Positions 10,225 to 18,085 of a stretch of DNA of 64,000 bases are shown here, piece after piece. The stretch spans positions 800,001 through 864,000 of the forward strand of contig JBJMOW010000005.1 of NCBI GenBank assembly GCA_045803545.1, written 5' to 3'. The stretch is from Gemmatimonadaceae bacterium (lineage in GTDB: Bacteria > Gemmatimonadota > Gemmatimonadetes > Gemmatimonadales > Gemmatimonadaceae). A program made the position numbers and the translations under genes. Position 1 is the first letter of the stretch; each line of letters opens with the position of its first letter. Below the pieces are notes generated by a model that worked only from the letters and a program-made list of their open reading frames with translations, ran no database searches and was not told the DNA's origin.

Positions 10225-11867
10225 ACGAAGTTTCCTATTGAGACGGCTGCAATGTTTTGCGGCGTCTGCCGGTCGGGAATCGTGGTGCTCGATGCCCATT
10301 CCAGAAACGCATCGAGCAGCATCGGATCGAACTGCCCGTTAGACGAGCGCATCACTTCGGCGGCACGCGCATGCGACAAGCTATCCCGGTACGACCGCGC
10401 CGTTGTCAGCGCGTCGTAGACGTCGGCGACGCAAAGAATCCGCGCAGCAAACGGGATATCATCCCCTTTCAGTCCATCCGGGTAGCCACTGCCATCCCAC
10501 CGCTCGTGATGATTGCGGATAATCGATCGCACATCACCCGGAAAATCGATGTCGGCCACGAGGTCCAGCCCCGCTTCCGGATGGCGCTTCATGATCGACC
10601 ACTCTTCCTCGGTGAGATCGCCCGCCTTGTTCAATACTTCGGTCGGTACGATGATCTTGCCGATGTCGTGGAGCAGTGCGCCAAGCCTGAACCAGAAGAG
10701 GGACTGGGCGTCCATCCCCATGCTGTCCGCCAGTACGCATGCAAAGAACGCGACGCGTTGGCAGTGACCCTGGGTGTAATGGTCTTTGCTCTCGATCGAA
10801 TCGCCCCAGTGGTGCGCCATCTCGAGAAACCTGGCTTCCAGCGCTGCGTTGCGACGTTCCACCTGCGCTACGCGGTGCTGTGCCTTTAGTCGTGAGTAAA
10901 GCGCGTGCGATTCGTTGAGGTGCGCGAGCATATCGCGATGCCGCTTCTGGGTCCAATACAGCTCCGCGAGTTGCTCGGTGACGTCTGCCTTCAGCAGCAG
11001 GTCCTCTGCTTCCTCGGCGCATTCTGACGCGCGGCCGAGGTATTCGGCGGCCTTCATGGAGTCGCCACGCTCACGTGCAATCACGCCGACATGGCGGAAG
11101 ACTTCACCGCGCCAGGAAGCGGTGATCTCACCCGTAAGCTCCAATAGTGGCGAGGCGCGTTCCTGCGCTTCCTCGAACCGGCCAGTCGCGATGCAGAGCT
11201 GAATCTGATTGAGGGCGACGTTCAGTCTGTTCGCCTGATCGTTCTCCTCACCGAAAGTGCGTTCCGCTTCGGCGTAGGCTTGCGCGGCGCTTTCGAGGTC
11301 CCCGAGGTCGCTATACGCGAGGCCAATGTTGTTGAGGACCTGCGCCGCCTGATCGCGCCGACCGAGCTTTCGATACCCTTCGAAACTCGACTTGAATGCG
11401 CTGAGCGCGCGGTTGATGTCACCGCGAATGCTGGCGACGGTACCCAGATTCTGATCGATCATCGCCAGTGCCTCTGCATCGCCAATCGACTGCGCGGTGA
11501 GGCGTGCTTCCGTGTAGCGCGACTCCGCCAGATCGAGATCACCACCGGTCTGATGGACGATGGCGACTACGTTGAGCGCTTGCGCGATTGCAGACGCTGA
11601 GCCGGCCTGCGATGCAGCGGCAACAGCCGCCTCCAATACATCCATCGCGGCGCCGCGATTGCCCAGCTCGAGGTAGACCCGGCCCAGCCAGCGCAGAGCG
11701 GACAGGCGGGTTACGTCGTCGGCAAACGGATTGCGCACGAGCAGCTCGTAGCGGTGCGACGCATCCGTCCAGCGACCCTCCCGCTCCGCGACTTTCGCTT
11801 CTTCAACGAGAGATTGTATTGCCTGCGATTCCACCTCGCTCTCGCGAGATGTGGAACGTGCCGTCAT
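10221..11867 (-). CDS. TPR-repeat + HD-GYP domain phosphodiesterase (copy 1), 548 aa
   Basis: N-terminal TPR helices (ALNVVA, DQNLG, LNNIG); KDHYTQGHCQRV, LLHDIGK, HHERWDGSGYP, VADVYDALT. Confidence 0.92.
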   Translation of the reverse strand: MTARSTSRESEVESQAIQSLVEEAKVAEREGRWTDASHRYELLVRNPFADDVTRLSALRWLGRVYLELGNRGAAMDVLEAAVAAASQAGSASAIAQALNVVAIVHQTGGDLDLAESRYTEARLTAQSIGDAEALAMIDQNLGTVASIRGDINRALSAFKSSFEGYRKLGRRDQAAQVLNNIGLAYSDLGDLESAAQAYAEAERTFGEENDQANRLNVALNQIQLCIATGRFEEAQERASPLLELTGEITASWRGEVFRHVGVIARERGDSMKAAEYLGRASECAEEAEDLLLKADVTEQLAELYWTQKRHRDMLAHLNESHALYSRLKAQHRVAQVERRNAALEARFLEMAHHWGDSIESKDHYTQGHCQRVAFFACVLADSMGMDAQSLFWFRLGALLHDIGKIIVPTEVLNKAGDLTEEEWSIMKRHPEAGLDLVADIDFPGDVRSIIRNHHERWDGSGYPDGLKGDDIPFAARILCVADVYDALTTARSYRDSLSHARAAEVMRSSNGQFDPMLLDAFLEWASSTTIPDRQTPQNIAAVSIGNFV

Positions 11868-12883
11868 GACGATGCGAGAATGGTGCGCCGCTGGGAGCCT
11901 TCATCGCGCAGTTTGCGCGTCAAAGTGGGGCGGGAGATTCCAAGAATGCGGGCGGCCGCGCTCAGATTGCCACCGGTGAGGCCGATGGTGGTGTGAATCG
12001 CTTCGTCGACGATCGCCTGCAACGACTTCCCCTCGGGCGGGATGCGGATCATGCCGCCCGTCGGAGTTTCGACCAGCGGCACGTAGGAACGCCGCTGAAG
12101 TGAAAGGTGGTGCGGCTGAATGACGTCACCGGTACAGACGACAACCGCGCGCTCGATGACATTCTTGAGCTCGCGGATATTGCCCGGCCAACGGTGTCTT
12201 TCCAGCGCGGCGATCGAGTCCTGGCCCAGACGCAGGTTCTCCCGACCCTCACTTTCGGCGTGGCGGCGAACGAAAAAGTTGGCGAGGATAGGAATGTCTC
12301 CTTCCCTCTCGCGCAACGCCGGAAGCTCGAGCCTTGCAACGTTAAGTCGATAAAAGAGATCGGCACGGAAGCGGTTGTCAGCGACCGCCGTCTCCAGAGA
12401 CGAGTTTGTCCCTGCGACAATGCGTGCGTCAAGAGCGCGTTCTTCGGACCCGCCCAACCGCCGGAATCGCCTGTCTTCGACGACCCTTAGGAGCTTTGCC
12501 TGCAGCTTAAGTGGCAGTTCCGCGACCTCGTCGAGAAAAACAGTCCCGGCGCCGGCCACTTCGAAAAGACCCCGTTTTAACGCGCGGGCATCAGTAAACG
12601 CTCCCGGCTCGTGTCCAAAGAGCTCGCTTTCGAGCAAGGTTTCCGGGATGGCAGCGCAGTTAATCGCTACGAAAGGCTCGGCAGCCCGGGCGCTCGCCGC
12701 GTGGATGCCGCGGGCGAAAAGCTCTTTGCCAGTGCCCGTTTCACCTACGAGCAATACTGTCACGCTGCGACTCGCTGCCACTTGCGTCGCCAGGGCAATG
12801 ACTTCGCGGATTGCAGGGCTCTGTCCGATTACGTGAGCATCCCACCGCTCCTGCGCGGTTTGCTGCAGTCGGGCTGTAATAAT
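11864..12883 (-). CDS. sigma54-dependent activator (AAA+ plus Fis HTH) with no N-terminal sensor domain; start uncertain (ATT 12883 or GTG 12781)
   Basis: VIGQSPAIREV, GETGTGKE, ESELFGHEPGAFTDA, FLDEV, WPGNIREL, GGNLSAAARILGISRPTL. Confidence 0.93.
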   Translation of the reverse strand: MITARLQQTAQERWDAHVIGQSPAIREVIALATQVAASRSVTVLLVGETGTGKELFARGIHAASARAAEPFVAINCAAIPETLLESELFGHEPGAFTDARALKRGLFEVAGAGTVFLDEVAELPLKLQAKLLRVVEDRRFRRLGGSEERALDARIVAGTNSSLETAVADNRFRADLFYRLNVARLELPALREREGDIPILANFFVRRHAESEGRENLRLGQDSIAALERHRWPGNIRELKNVIERAVVVCTGDVIQPHHLSLQRRSYVPLVETPTGGMIRIPPEGKSLQAIVDEAIHTTIGLTGGNLSAAARILGISRPTLTRKLRDEGSQRRTILASS

Positions 12884-13018
12884 TCCACCGTTCCTTTATC
12901 GCGTGGGCAACAACTGCCCGCGCGCGGAATTGTCATCGAGCGAATTGTCCCCAGCAACGGGGTTGGGCTTATCTAGGAGACGAGGAGACTGGTGGCCAAG
13001 TCACCAGTTTTGTTGGAC

Positions 13019-14128
13019 TTAGAGCTCTGCCGTTGGGGGCTCTGAAATGTCCGGATTCGGGCGGATGTACTTCGGGCGCAATCGCGCAGCCTTCTCCTTC
13101 GATGGGCCTGTTCCGAGCGTTGCGAGCAGTGCTTTAATCTCGGCGGCGTCGGTTCTGGCACCAAGGTCGTCAAATGACTCAGCCGCCTCACGCCAGGCCA
13201 GCTCGGCGTCAGCATTGTTTCCCAGGGCGTGCGAGGTCTGACCGAGCTCACGAAGCATCTCCGCCTGTAAGAGGCGGTCTTCCAGCCCCTCTGCCTCGAA
13301 GATTCCGATACGAAGCGTAGCGAGACTGGCGCTCAGCGACCCGCGTTCGCGCTCGATGCGGGCACGGCACTTCAGCGCCTCGGCCATGGTGAGGTGGTCC
13401 CCGCGGTGGTGGGCGCTCCCATAGGCTTCGGCGCACGCGTGCTCCGCTTCGTCGAGTTTTCCCATCGCGACCCAAACCCAGCCGAGATTGAGAACCAGTA
13501 CGCTCTCGACGAGTGCATCGCCCCGATTGCGGGCAATTCGCAACCCGCGGTCGAAAGTCTCTACCGCCCGCTGATAGTGTCCGAGCTTCGTGTACAGCAT
13601 GCCCAGGTTATTGAGAACCCAGGACATTGCCTCGCTATCCCTTGTCTGCTCGAACGCGCCAAGGCTGTTGTAGTAGCGAGCTTCCGCGGCGACGAATCTG
13701 CCGCGCATGTTGAGGAGAACGCCCCGGTTCTGCTCGATCATTCCGAGCAGACGCACGTCGCCCGCTCTGGCGGCGTACTCCGCCGCTTCGTGATAAAGGC
13801 GCTCGCATTCGATGAGGTTGCCGCGTCGCTGGGCGATGATCGCCAGGCAATTGTACGCGTGTGCCTTGCAGGCGGCCGATCCAGAGAGATCCGCCTGGTG
13901 CAGACTCTCTGTGTAGCAGCGATACGCGGCTTCCGTCTCACCCTGCTCGCGATGCAGAGTTCCCTTCCAGCGAAGGGCTTCGGCTAGAGCAGCTGATTCC
14001 TGCTCACGCTCGAGGGATTCGATGGCGTCGTCGTAGTAGCCGAATGCCTTCGCTGTATCACCCCGCCGCTCAGCATCGCGTGCCAGCTCGATCAGGCGAC
14101 GCGATTCTTCAGGTGCAGTCTGCTTCAT
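13019..14128 (-). CDS. cytoplasmic TPR-repeat protein (copy 1), 369 aa
   Basis: All-helical repeats (ALRWKGTL, AYNCLAII, EQNRGVL, VLNNLGML, LNLGWV); no signal peptide. Confidence 0.88.
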   Translation of the reverse strand: MKQTAPEESRRLIELARDAERRGDTAKAFGYYDDAIESLEREQESAALAEALRWKGTLHREQGETEAAYRCYTESLHQADLSGSAACKAHAYNCLAIIAQRRGNLIECERLYHEAAEYAARAGDVRLLGMIEQNRGVLLNMRGRFVAAEARYYNSLGAFEQTRDSEAMSWVLNNLGMLYTKLGHYQRAVETFDRGLRIARNRGDALVESVLVLNLGWVWVAMGKLDEAEHACAEAYGSAHHRGDHLTMAEALKCRARIERERGSLSASLATLRIGIFEAEGLEDRLLQAEMLRELGQTSHALGNNADAELAWREAAESFDDLGARTDAAEIKALLATLGTGPSKEKAARLRPKYIRPNPDISEPPTAEL

Positions 14129-14185
14129 AAAAGCGAGACTGTGTTTCGGCCCATGCTACCCCTCGCGAGCGGTGAGGTGAACAGT

Positions 14186-14416
14186 CTACTTCAAACTGTC
14201 GGTTCTGAAAAGAAGATTTTTCGCTTGGTCGGTGCAGCCTTCGACACAGGCTTGCGCGCCAGAGATGAGAATGTAGCGCGAATATGCTGCAGTAACCGGA
14301 GAGCTGGAATTTACGGTTTTAAGAGGCGGGCTGGTAAGAGCGGTGTAATCTCCGCACGCAAGACACGCGACGGCGCTCACAGCCGCCAAATACTTAAACA
14401 AACGGCGACCTAACAT
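14186..14416 (-). CDS. small lipoprotein, candidate signal-peptide precursor 2 (76 aa, motif AAYSRYILISG-x3-CVEGC)
   Basis: GAGGTGG SD before ATG 14416; MLGRRLFKYLAAVSAVACLAC signal peptide/lipobox; motif shared with 8107-8412. Confidence 0.82.
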   Translation of the reverse strand: MLGRRLFKYLAAVSAVACLACGDYTALTSPPLKTVNSSSPVTAAYSRYILISGAQACVEGCTDQAKNLLFRTDSLK

Positions 14417-14462
14417 GTGAACCACCTCGGAAAGAGATCTGGGTCCTTCCCAGCTCAACCGT

Positions 14463-14579
14463 GGCATAGGGCGTGCCCTTTGCTAACCCACTGTTCTACA
14501 TGATCTTAGCGCGAGTGGGTTGGTTTCCCGCATCCATTTTGTCGTAACGCCGCTTTACGATCGTAAACGTTTCTTTAGC
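14463..14579 (-). promoter_or_regulatory. sigma54 promoter P2 with GCTAA-N19-TTAGC element and tandem 19-bp candidate activator sites
   Basis: Minus strand GGGCACGCCCTATGCC (14478-14463); GCTAA 14482, TTAGC 14506; TCGTAACGCCGCTTTACGA (14542-14560) and TCGTAAACGTTTCTTTAGC (14561-14579). Confidence 0.82.
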
Positions 14580-14594
14580 GGACTTTCTTCGGCG

Positions 14595-16241
14595 TCACGC
14601 GGCGGGACTGGAGGCGAAAATCGCCAACCTTTGTGGCGTCGGACGGCCTGGAATGTCGGCGGTCTCGGCCCAGGCAAGGAAGGTTTCGAGTAGCTCGGGA
14701 TCAAATTGACCTGCTGATGACTGCATGATCTCGGCTGCGCGGGCGTGGGTCAGGCCCGGACGATAGGATCTGGTCGTGGTCAGGGCGTCGTAGACATCGG
14801 CCACGCAGAGAATTCGCGCCGCGTAAGGGATCTGCTCGCCCTTGAGGCCGTCCGGGTAGCCGGCACCATCCCAGCGCTCGTGATGATTGCGAATGATGGC
14901 GCGTATGTCACCGGGAAAATCGATGTCAGCGACCAGTTCGAGCCCCGCCTCGGGGTGACGCTTCATGATCGACCACTCTTCATCGGTCAGCTTGCCCGGC
15001 TTGTTTAGCACCTCGGTGGGAACGATGATTTTGCCAATGTCGTGCAGAAGTGCGCCAATCCTGAACCAGAACAGTGAGCGCGAATTGAATCCCGCGGTCT
15101 CGGCGAGTACGCACGCGAAGAAAGCGACGCGCTCGCAGTGGCCCTGGGTGTAGCGATCCTTGCTTTCGATCGAGTTGCCCCACTGCTTCGCCATCTCGAG
15201 GAAACGGGACTCCAAGGCATCGTTGCGCTTATCGACCTGTGCCACCCGATGCTGCGCCTTGAGCTGCGAATAGAGTGAGTGCGACTCGTTGAGCGAGTGA
15301 AGCATGTCGCGGTGCCGCTTCTGTGACCAGTAAACTTCCGCGAGCTGCTCCGCGACGTCCGCCCGCAGGAGAAGGTCACCGCTGTCGATTGCGAGATCTT
15401 CTGCGCGCAACAGGCTGTCGGTCGCTTTCGCGTAATCTCCGCACTCGCGAGCGATCACGCCCACGTGGCGGTGTACCTCCCCGCGCCACGGCGCCTGCTC
15501 CTTCGTGGCGACCTCCAATAGCTCGTCGCATTGGACGAGCGCTTCGTCGAAGCGACGTGCCGCGATGTAGAGCTGCACCTTGTTGACAGCGAGGTCGAGT
15601 TGTCGCGCGCGGTCTCCCTCTTCTTCGAACGCCCGAGCGGCTTCGTTGTACGCAACTTCGGCATCGCTCAGCTCGCCGAGCTCCATGTAGGCGAGTGCGA
15701 TGTTGTTCAGTATCTGAGCTTCATGATTACGCATGCCCAGAGTCTGGTATCCGAGATGGCTCAGACGGAAAGCTTCGAGCGCAACCCGGATGTCGCCGCG
15801 GATCATTGCGACCGTGCCGAGGTTTTGATCGATCATGGCGATCAATGCGCCGTCGCCGGCCACCTCCGCTTTGGCGCGCGCGGCGGCGTAAATAGCGGCA
15901 GCCTGGTCGAGGTCTCCGCCAACCTGGTAGGCGATGCCAACCACGTTGAGCGCCTGAGCCACGGCCGGTGGCGAGCCACAGATGTCAGCAGATGTGACCG
16001 CCAATTCGAGCACGTCCAGCGCCGCGCCACGATTCCCCTGCTCGAGATAGGCGCGACCGAGCCAGCGGAGGGCGGCAAGGCGAGTATCCGGCTGCGTGTG
16101 GGGGTCGCGAACCAACGTCTCATAGACTGCGCAGGCGTCGGCCCATCGACCTTCCCGCTCGGCTTTCTTGGCGAGGTCAATACTTTCGCGAACGGTGGTG
16201 GATTCCACCGCCTTCAATTCAACTGTGGGCCGGTTGGTCAT
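14595..16241 (-). CDS. TPR-repeat + HD-GYP domain phosphodiesterase (copy 2), 548 aa
   Basis: Clear paralog of 10221-11867, same length; KDRYTQGHCERV, LLHDIGK, HHERWDGAGYP. Confidence 0.92.
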   Translation of the reverse strand: MTNRPTVELKAVESTTVRESIDLAKKAEREGRWADACAVYETLVRDPHTQPDTRLAALRWLGRAYLEQGNRGAALDVLELAVTSADICGSPPAVAQALNVVGIAYQVGGDLDQAAAIYAAARAKAEVAGDGALIAMIDQNLGTVAMIRGDIRVALEAFRLSHLGYQTLGMRNHEAQILNNIALAYMELGELSDAEVAYNEAARAFEEEGDRARQLDLAVNKVQLYIAARRFDEALVQCDELLEVATKEQAPWRGEVHRHVGVIARECGDYAKATDSLLRAEDLAIDSGDLLLRADVAEQLAEVYWSQKRHRDMLHSLNESHSLYSQLKAQHRVAQVDKRNDALESRFLEMAKQWGNSIESKDRYTQGHCERVAFFACVLAETAGFNSRSLFWFRIGALLHDIGKIIVPTEVLNKPGKLTDEEWSIMKRHPEAGLELVADIDFPGDIRAIIRNHHERWDGAGYPDGLKGEQIPYAARILCVADVYDALTTTRSYRPGLTHARAAEIMQSSAGQFDPELLETFLAWAETADIPGRPTPQRLAIFASSPAA

Positions 16242-16325
16242 TGCGCTCTGCAGGCGACAACGAAAGACGAGCGGCGCTCTGGTGCTGCAACCAGAGTCTA
16301 TGGAAAAGCGACTGCCTGGAAGTGC

Positions 16326-17348
16326 CTACTGCAGCAGCTCGAGCTGATTCCTGACTTCTGTTAGCTCTGGCACAGCTCCGATCTTCTCGTACGAGTCAAA
16401 AGCTTCTCGCAAGGCAGAGCGCGCAGCGCCGGCGTTGCCTACGGCACGGGAGATCTCGCCCAGCTCGCGAAGCATTTCGGCGTGGAGGAGCCGGTCTTCG
16501 GCTCCTTCGGCTTCGTAGATCGCGATGCGGAGCGTGGCAATGCTCATGTCGAGCGCACCACGCTGCCGCTCGATGGCGGCACGGACACGCAGCGCGCCAG
16601 CAGCGCTGAGGTGGTCTCCGCGACGTTGCGCCTGACCAAGTGCGTCGACGCACCAGAGGTCTGCTTTGTCGAGTCTGCCGAGACCCATCCACGCTTCGGC
16701 GATGTTCAGCGTGATGACGTTCTTCACGATGCTATCGTTCCGGGCGATTGCGATCGCCATCCCGCGCTGCAGATGCTCGAGCGCTTCGCCGTAATTGCGC
16801 AACTTGGTGTTCAGAATTCCCAGGTTGTTGAGAACCCAGGACATCGGTTCGGTGTCACCCGCGGTCTCGAAAGCACCGAGGCTATTGGAGTAGAACGCCG
16901 CGGCCTTTCCATAGTCGCCAACCATGCTCGCGAGCACACCGCGATTCTGTTCTATCATGCCGAGCAGGCGCGCCTCTCCAGCCTTCACGGCGAGCTCGGA
17001 CGCTTCCGCGTAGAGACGCTCGGTTTCCTTGTGCTCGCAGCGACGCTGCGAGATGGTGCCGAGGCAGTTGAGTGCGTGAGCCTGGTGACCGATGGAACCG
17101 GTCGCTCTTGCCCTCTCCAGGCTTGCCGTATAACAGCGAAACGCTGCTTCGGTTTCGCCCCGCTCCCGAAGCAGCGTTCCTTTCCATCGCAAAACGTCGG
17201 CGATAAATGCGTCGGTGCAATCCTCACCGAGCTGCGCCAGCGCATCGTCGAACAGACCAAGCGCCTTGTCGTTTTCTTCCCGCTTTTCAGCTGTTCGCGC
17301 CAGTTCTACAAGTTGGCGGGCGCGCTCTACATTCTTTGAGTTTTTCAT
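16326..17348 (-). CDS. cytoplasmic TPR-repeat protein (copy 2), 340 aa
   Basis: Paralog of 13019-14128 (LRWKGTL, RLLGMIEQNRGVL, MSWVLNNLG, EDRLL.AEMLRELG). Confidence 0.88.
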   Translation of the reverse strand: MKNSKNVERARQLVELARTAEKREENDKALGLFDDALAQLGEDCTDAFIADVLRWKGTLLRERGETEAAFRCYTASLERARATGSIGHQAHALNCLGTISQRRCEHKETERLYAEASELAVKAGEARLLGMIEQNRGVLASMVGDYGKAAAFYSNSLGAFETAGDTEPMSWVLNNLGILNTKLRNYGEALEHLQRGMAIAIARNDSIVKNVITLNIAEAWMGLGRLDKADLWCVDALGQAQRRGDHLSAAGALRVRAAIERQRGALDMSIATLRIAIYEAEGAEDRLLHAEMLRELGEISRAVGNAGAARSALREAFDSYEKIGAVPELTEVRNQLELLQ

Positions 17349-17396
17349 GTAGACCTGCCCGTTAGAGACACTGGTCGATCTTGGTGCTACACCGGC

Positions 17397-18050
17397 TCAG
17401 CCTGACGCCAGCATGTATCGGGAGAAGTGGTTCAACAGCCACGTCTCGACTTCAGCCTGGCCGCTGCGTGGATTCGAGAAAATCGTGGTCGTTTCGATTT
17501 CCAACGCACGTAGAATGCCTGACAGATCCAGCAGGTCGTGGGCGAAATACGCGCCGAACGAATTCAGTGCCTTCGGCGTGCCGTATACCGCAGTGTTGTT
17601 GAGGCGCTGGGTGACGACCACCGGTTTACGGAACGTGAGACCGTGCGGCTGCATGTCATAAGCGACGTAGCCGGTGCCGTCCGACGTGATGGTGATAGTG
17701 GTCGACGAGGTCAACGCGCCGTAGGGGAAACTGATCGTGAAGTCCGATCCCGGGATGGCGAGGGTTCCACCATTGACGCCAATCGTCGCAGAAACGCTGC
17801 GGACCTGATTGACGTGAGAAGGTGACCACTTCACTGCGTTGACCGGTATACCGTTCGGATCCGTCTGGAATCCGATGACGCGGATCACGTCGCCGAGGAG
17901 ATTGACGACTCCGCCGACGAGTCCTGAAAGGAGACCGTTATCGGCGGTGGTTGGAGCGACTGGTTGAGTTGGGATGCTGTCCGTGCACGACATGACTCCG
18001 ACAGCCGTGACAACGAGCAGCAGCGAGCGGAAAAATCTTGAGCGAATCAT
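17397..18050 (-). CDS. ZU5-like domain lipoprotein B ending in HFSRYMLASG (217 aa)
   Basis: MIRSRFFRSLLLVVTAVGVMSC lipoprotein signal; GGTLAIPGSDFTISFPYGAL...ITIT...MQPHGLTFRKPVVVT matches the ZU5 pattern. Confidence 0.8.
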   Translation of the reverse strand: MIRSRFFRSLLLVVTAVGVMSCTDSIPTQPVAPTTADNGLLSGLVGGVVNLLGDVIRVIGFQTDPNGIPVNAVKWSPSHVNQVRSVSATIGVNGGTLAIPGSDFTISFPYGALTSSTTITITSDGTGYVAYDMQPHGLTFRKPVVVTQRLNNTAVYGTPKALNSFGAYFAHDLLDLSGILRALEIETTTIFSNPRSGQAEVETWLLNHFSRYMLASG

Positions 18051-18085
18051 TGGGCGAACCTGGCTAAGGGGAAAAGGCGCGGTGA

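Noticed and set aside
8107..14416. Small Cys-containing ORFs as RiPP precursors
   Set aside because: No radical SAM, lanthipeptide, YcaO or other modifying enzyme or exporter nearby; the N-termini are lipoprotein signals rather than RiPP leaders.
14417..14467. ORF-track N-terminal extension of small lipoprotein 2
   Set aside because: That ATG lies within the sigma54 -12 element; ATG 14416 has a good SD and gives a proper signal peptide.
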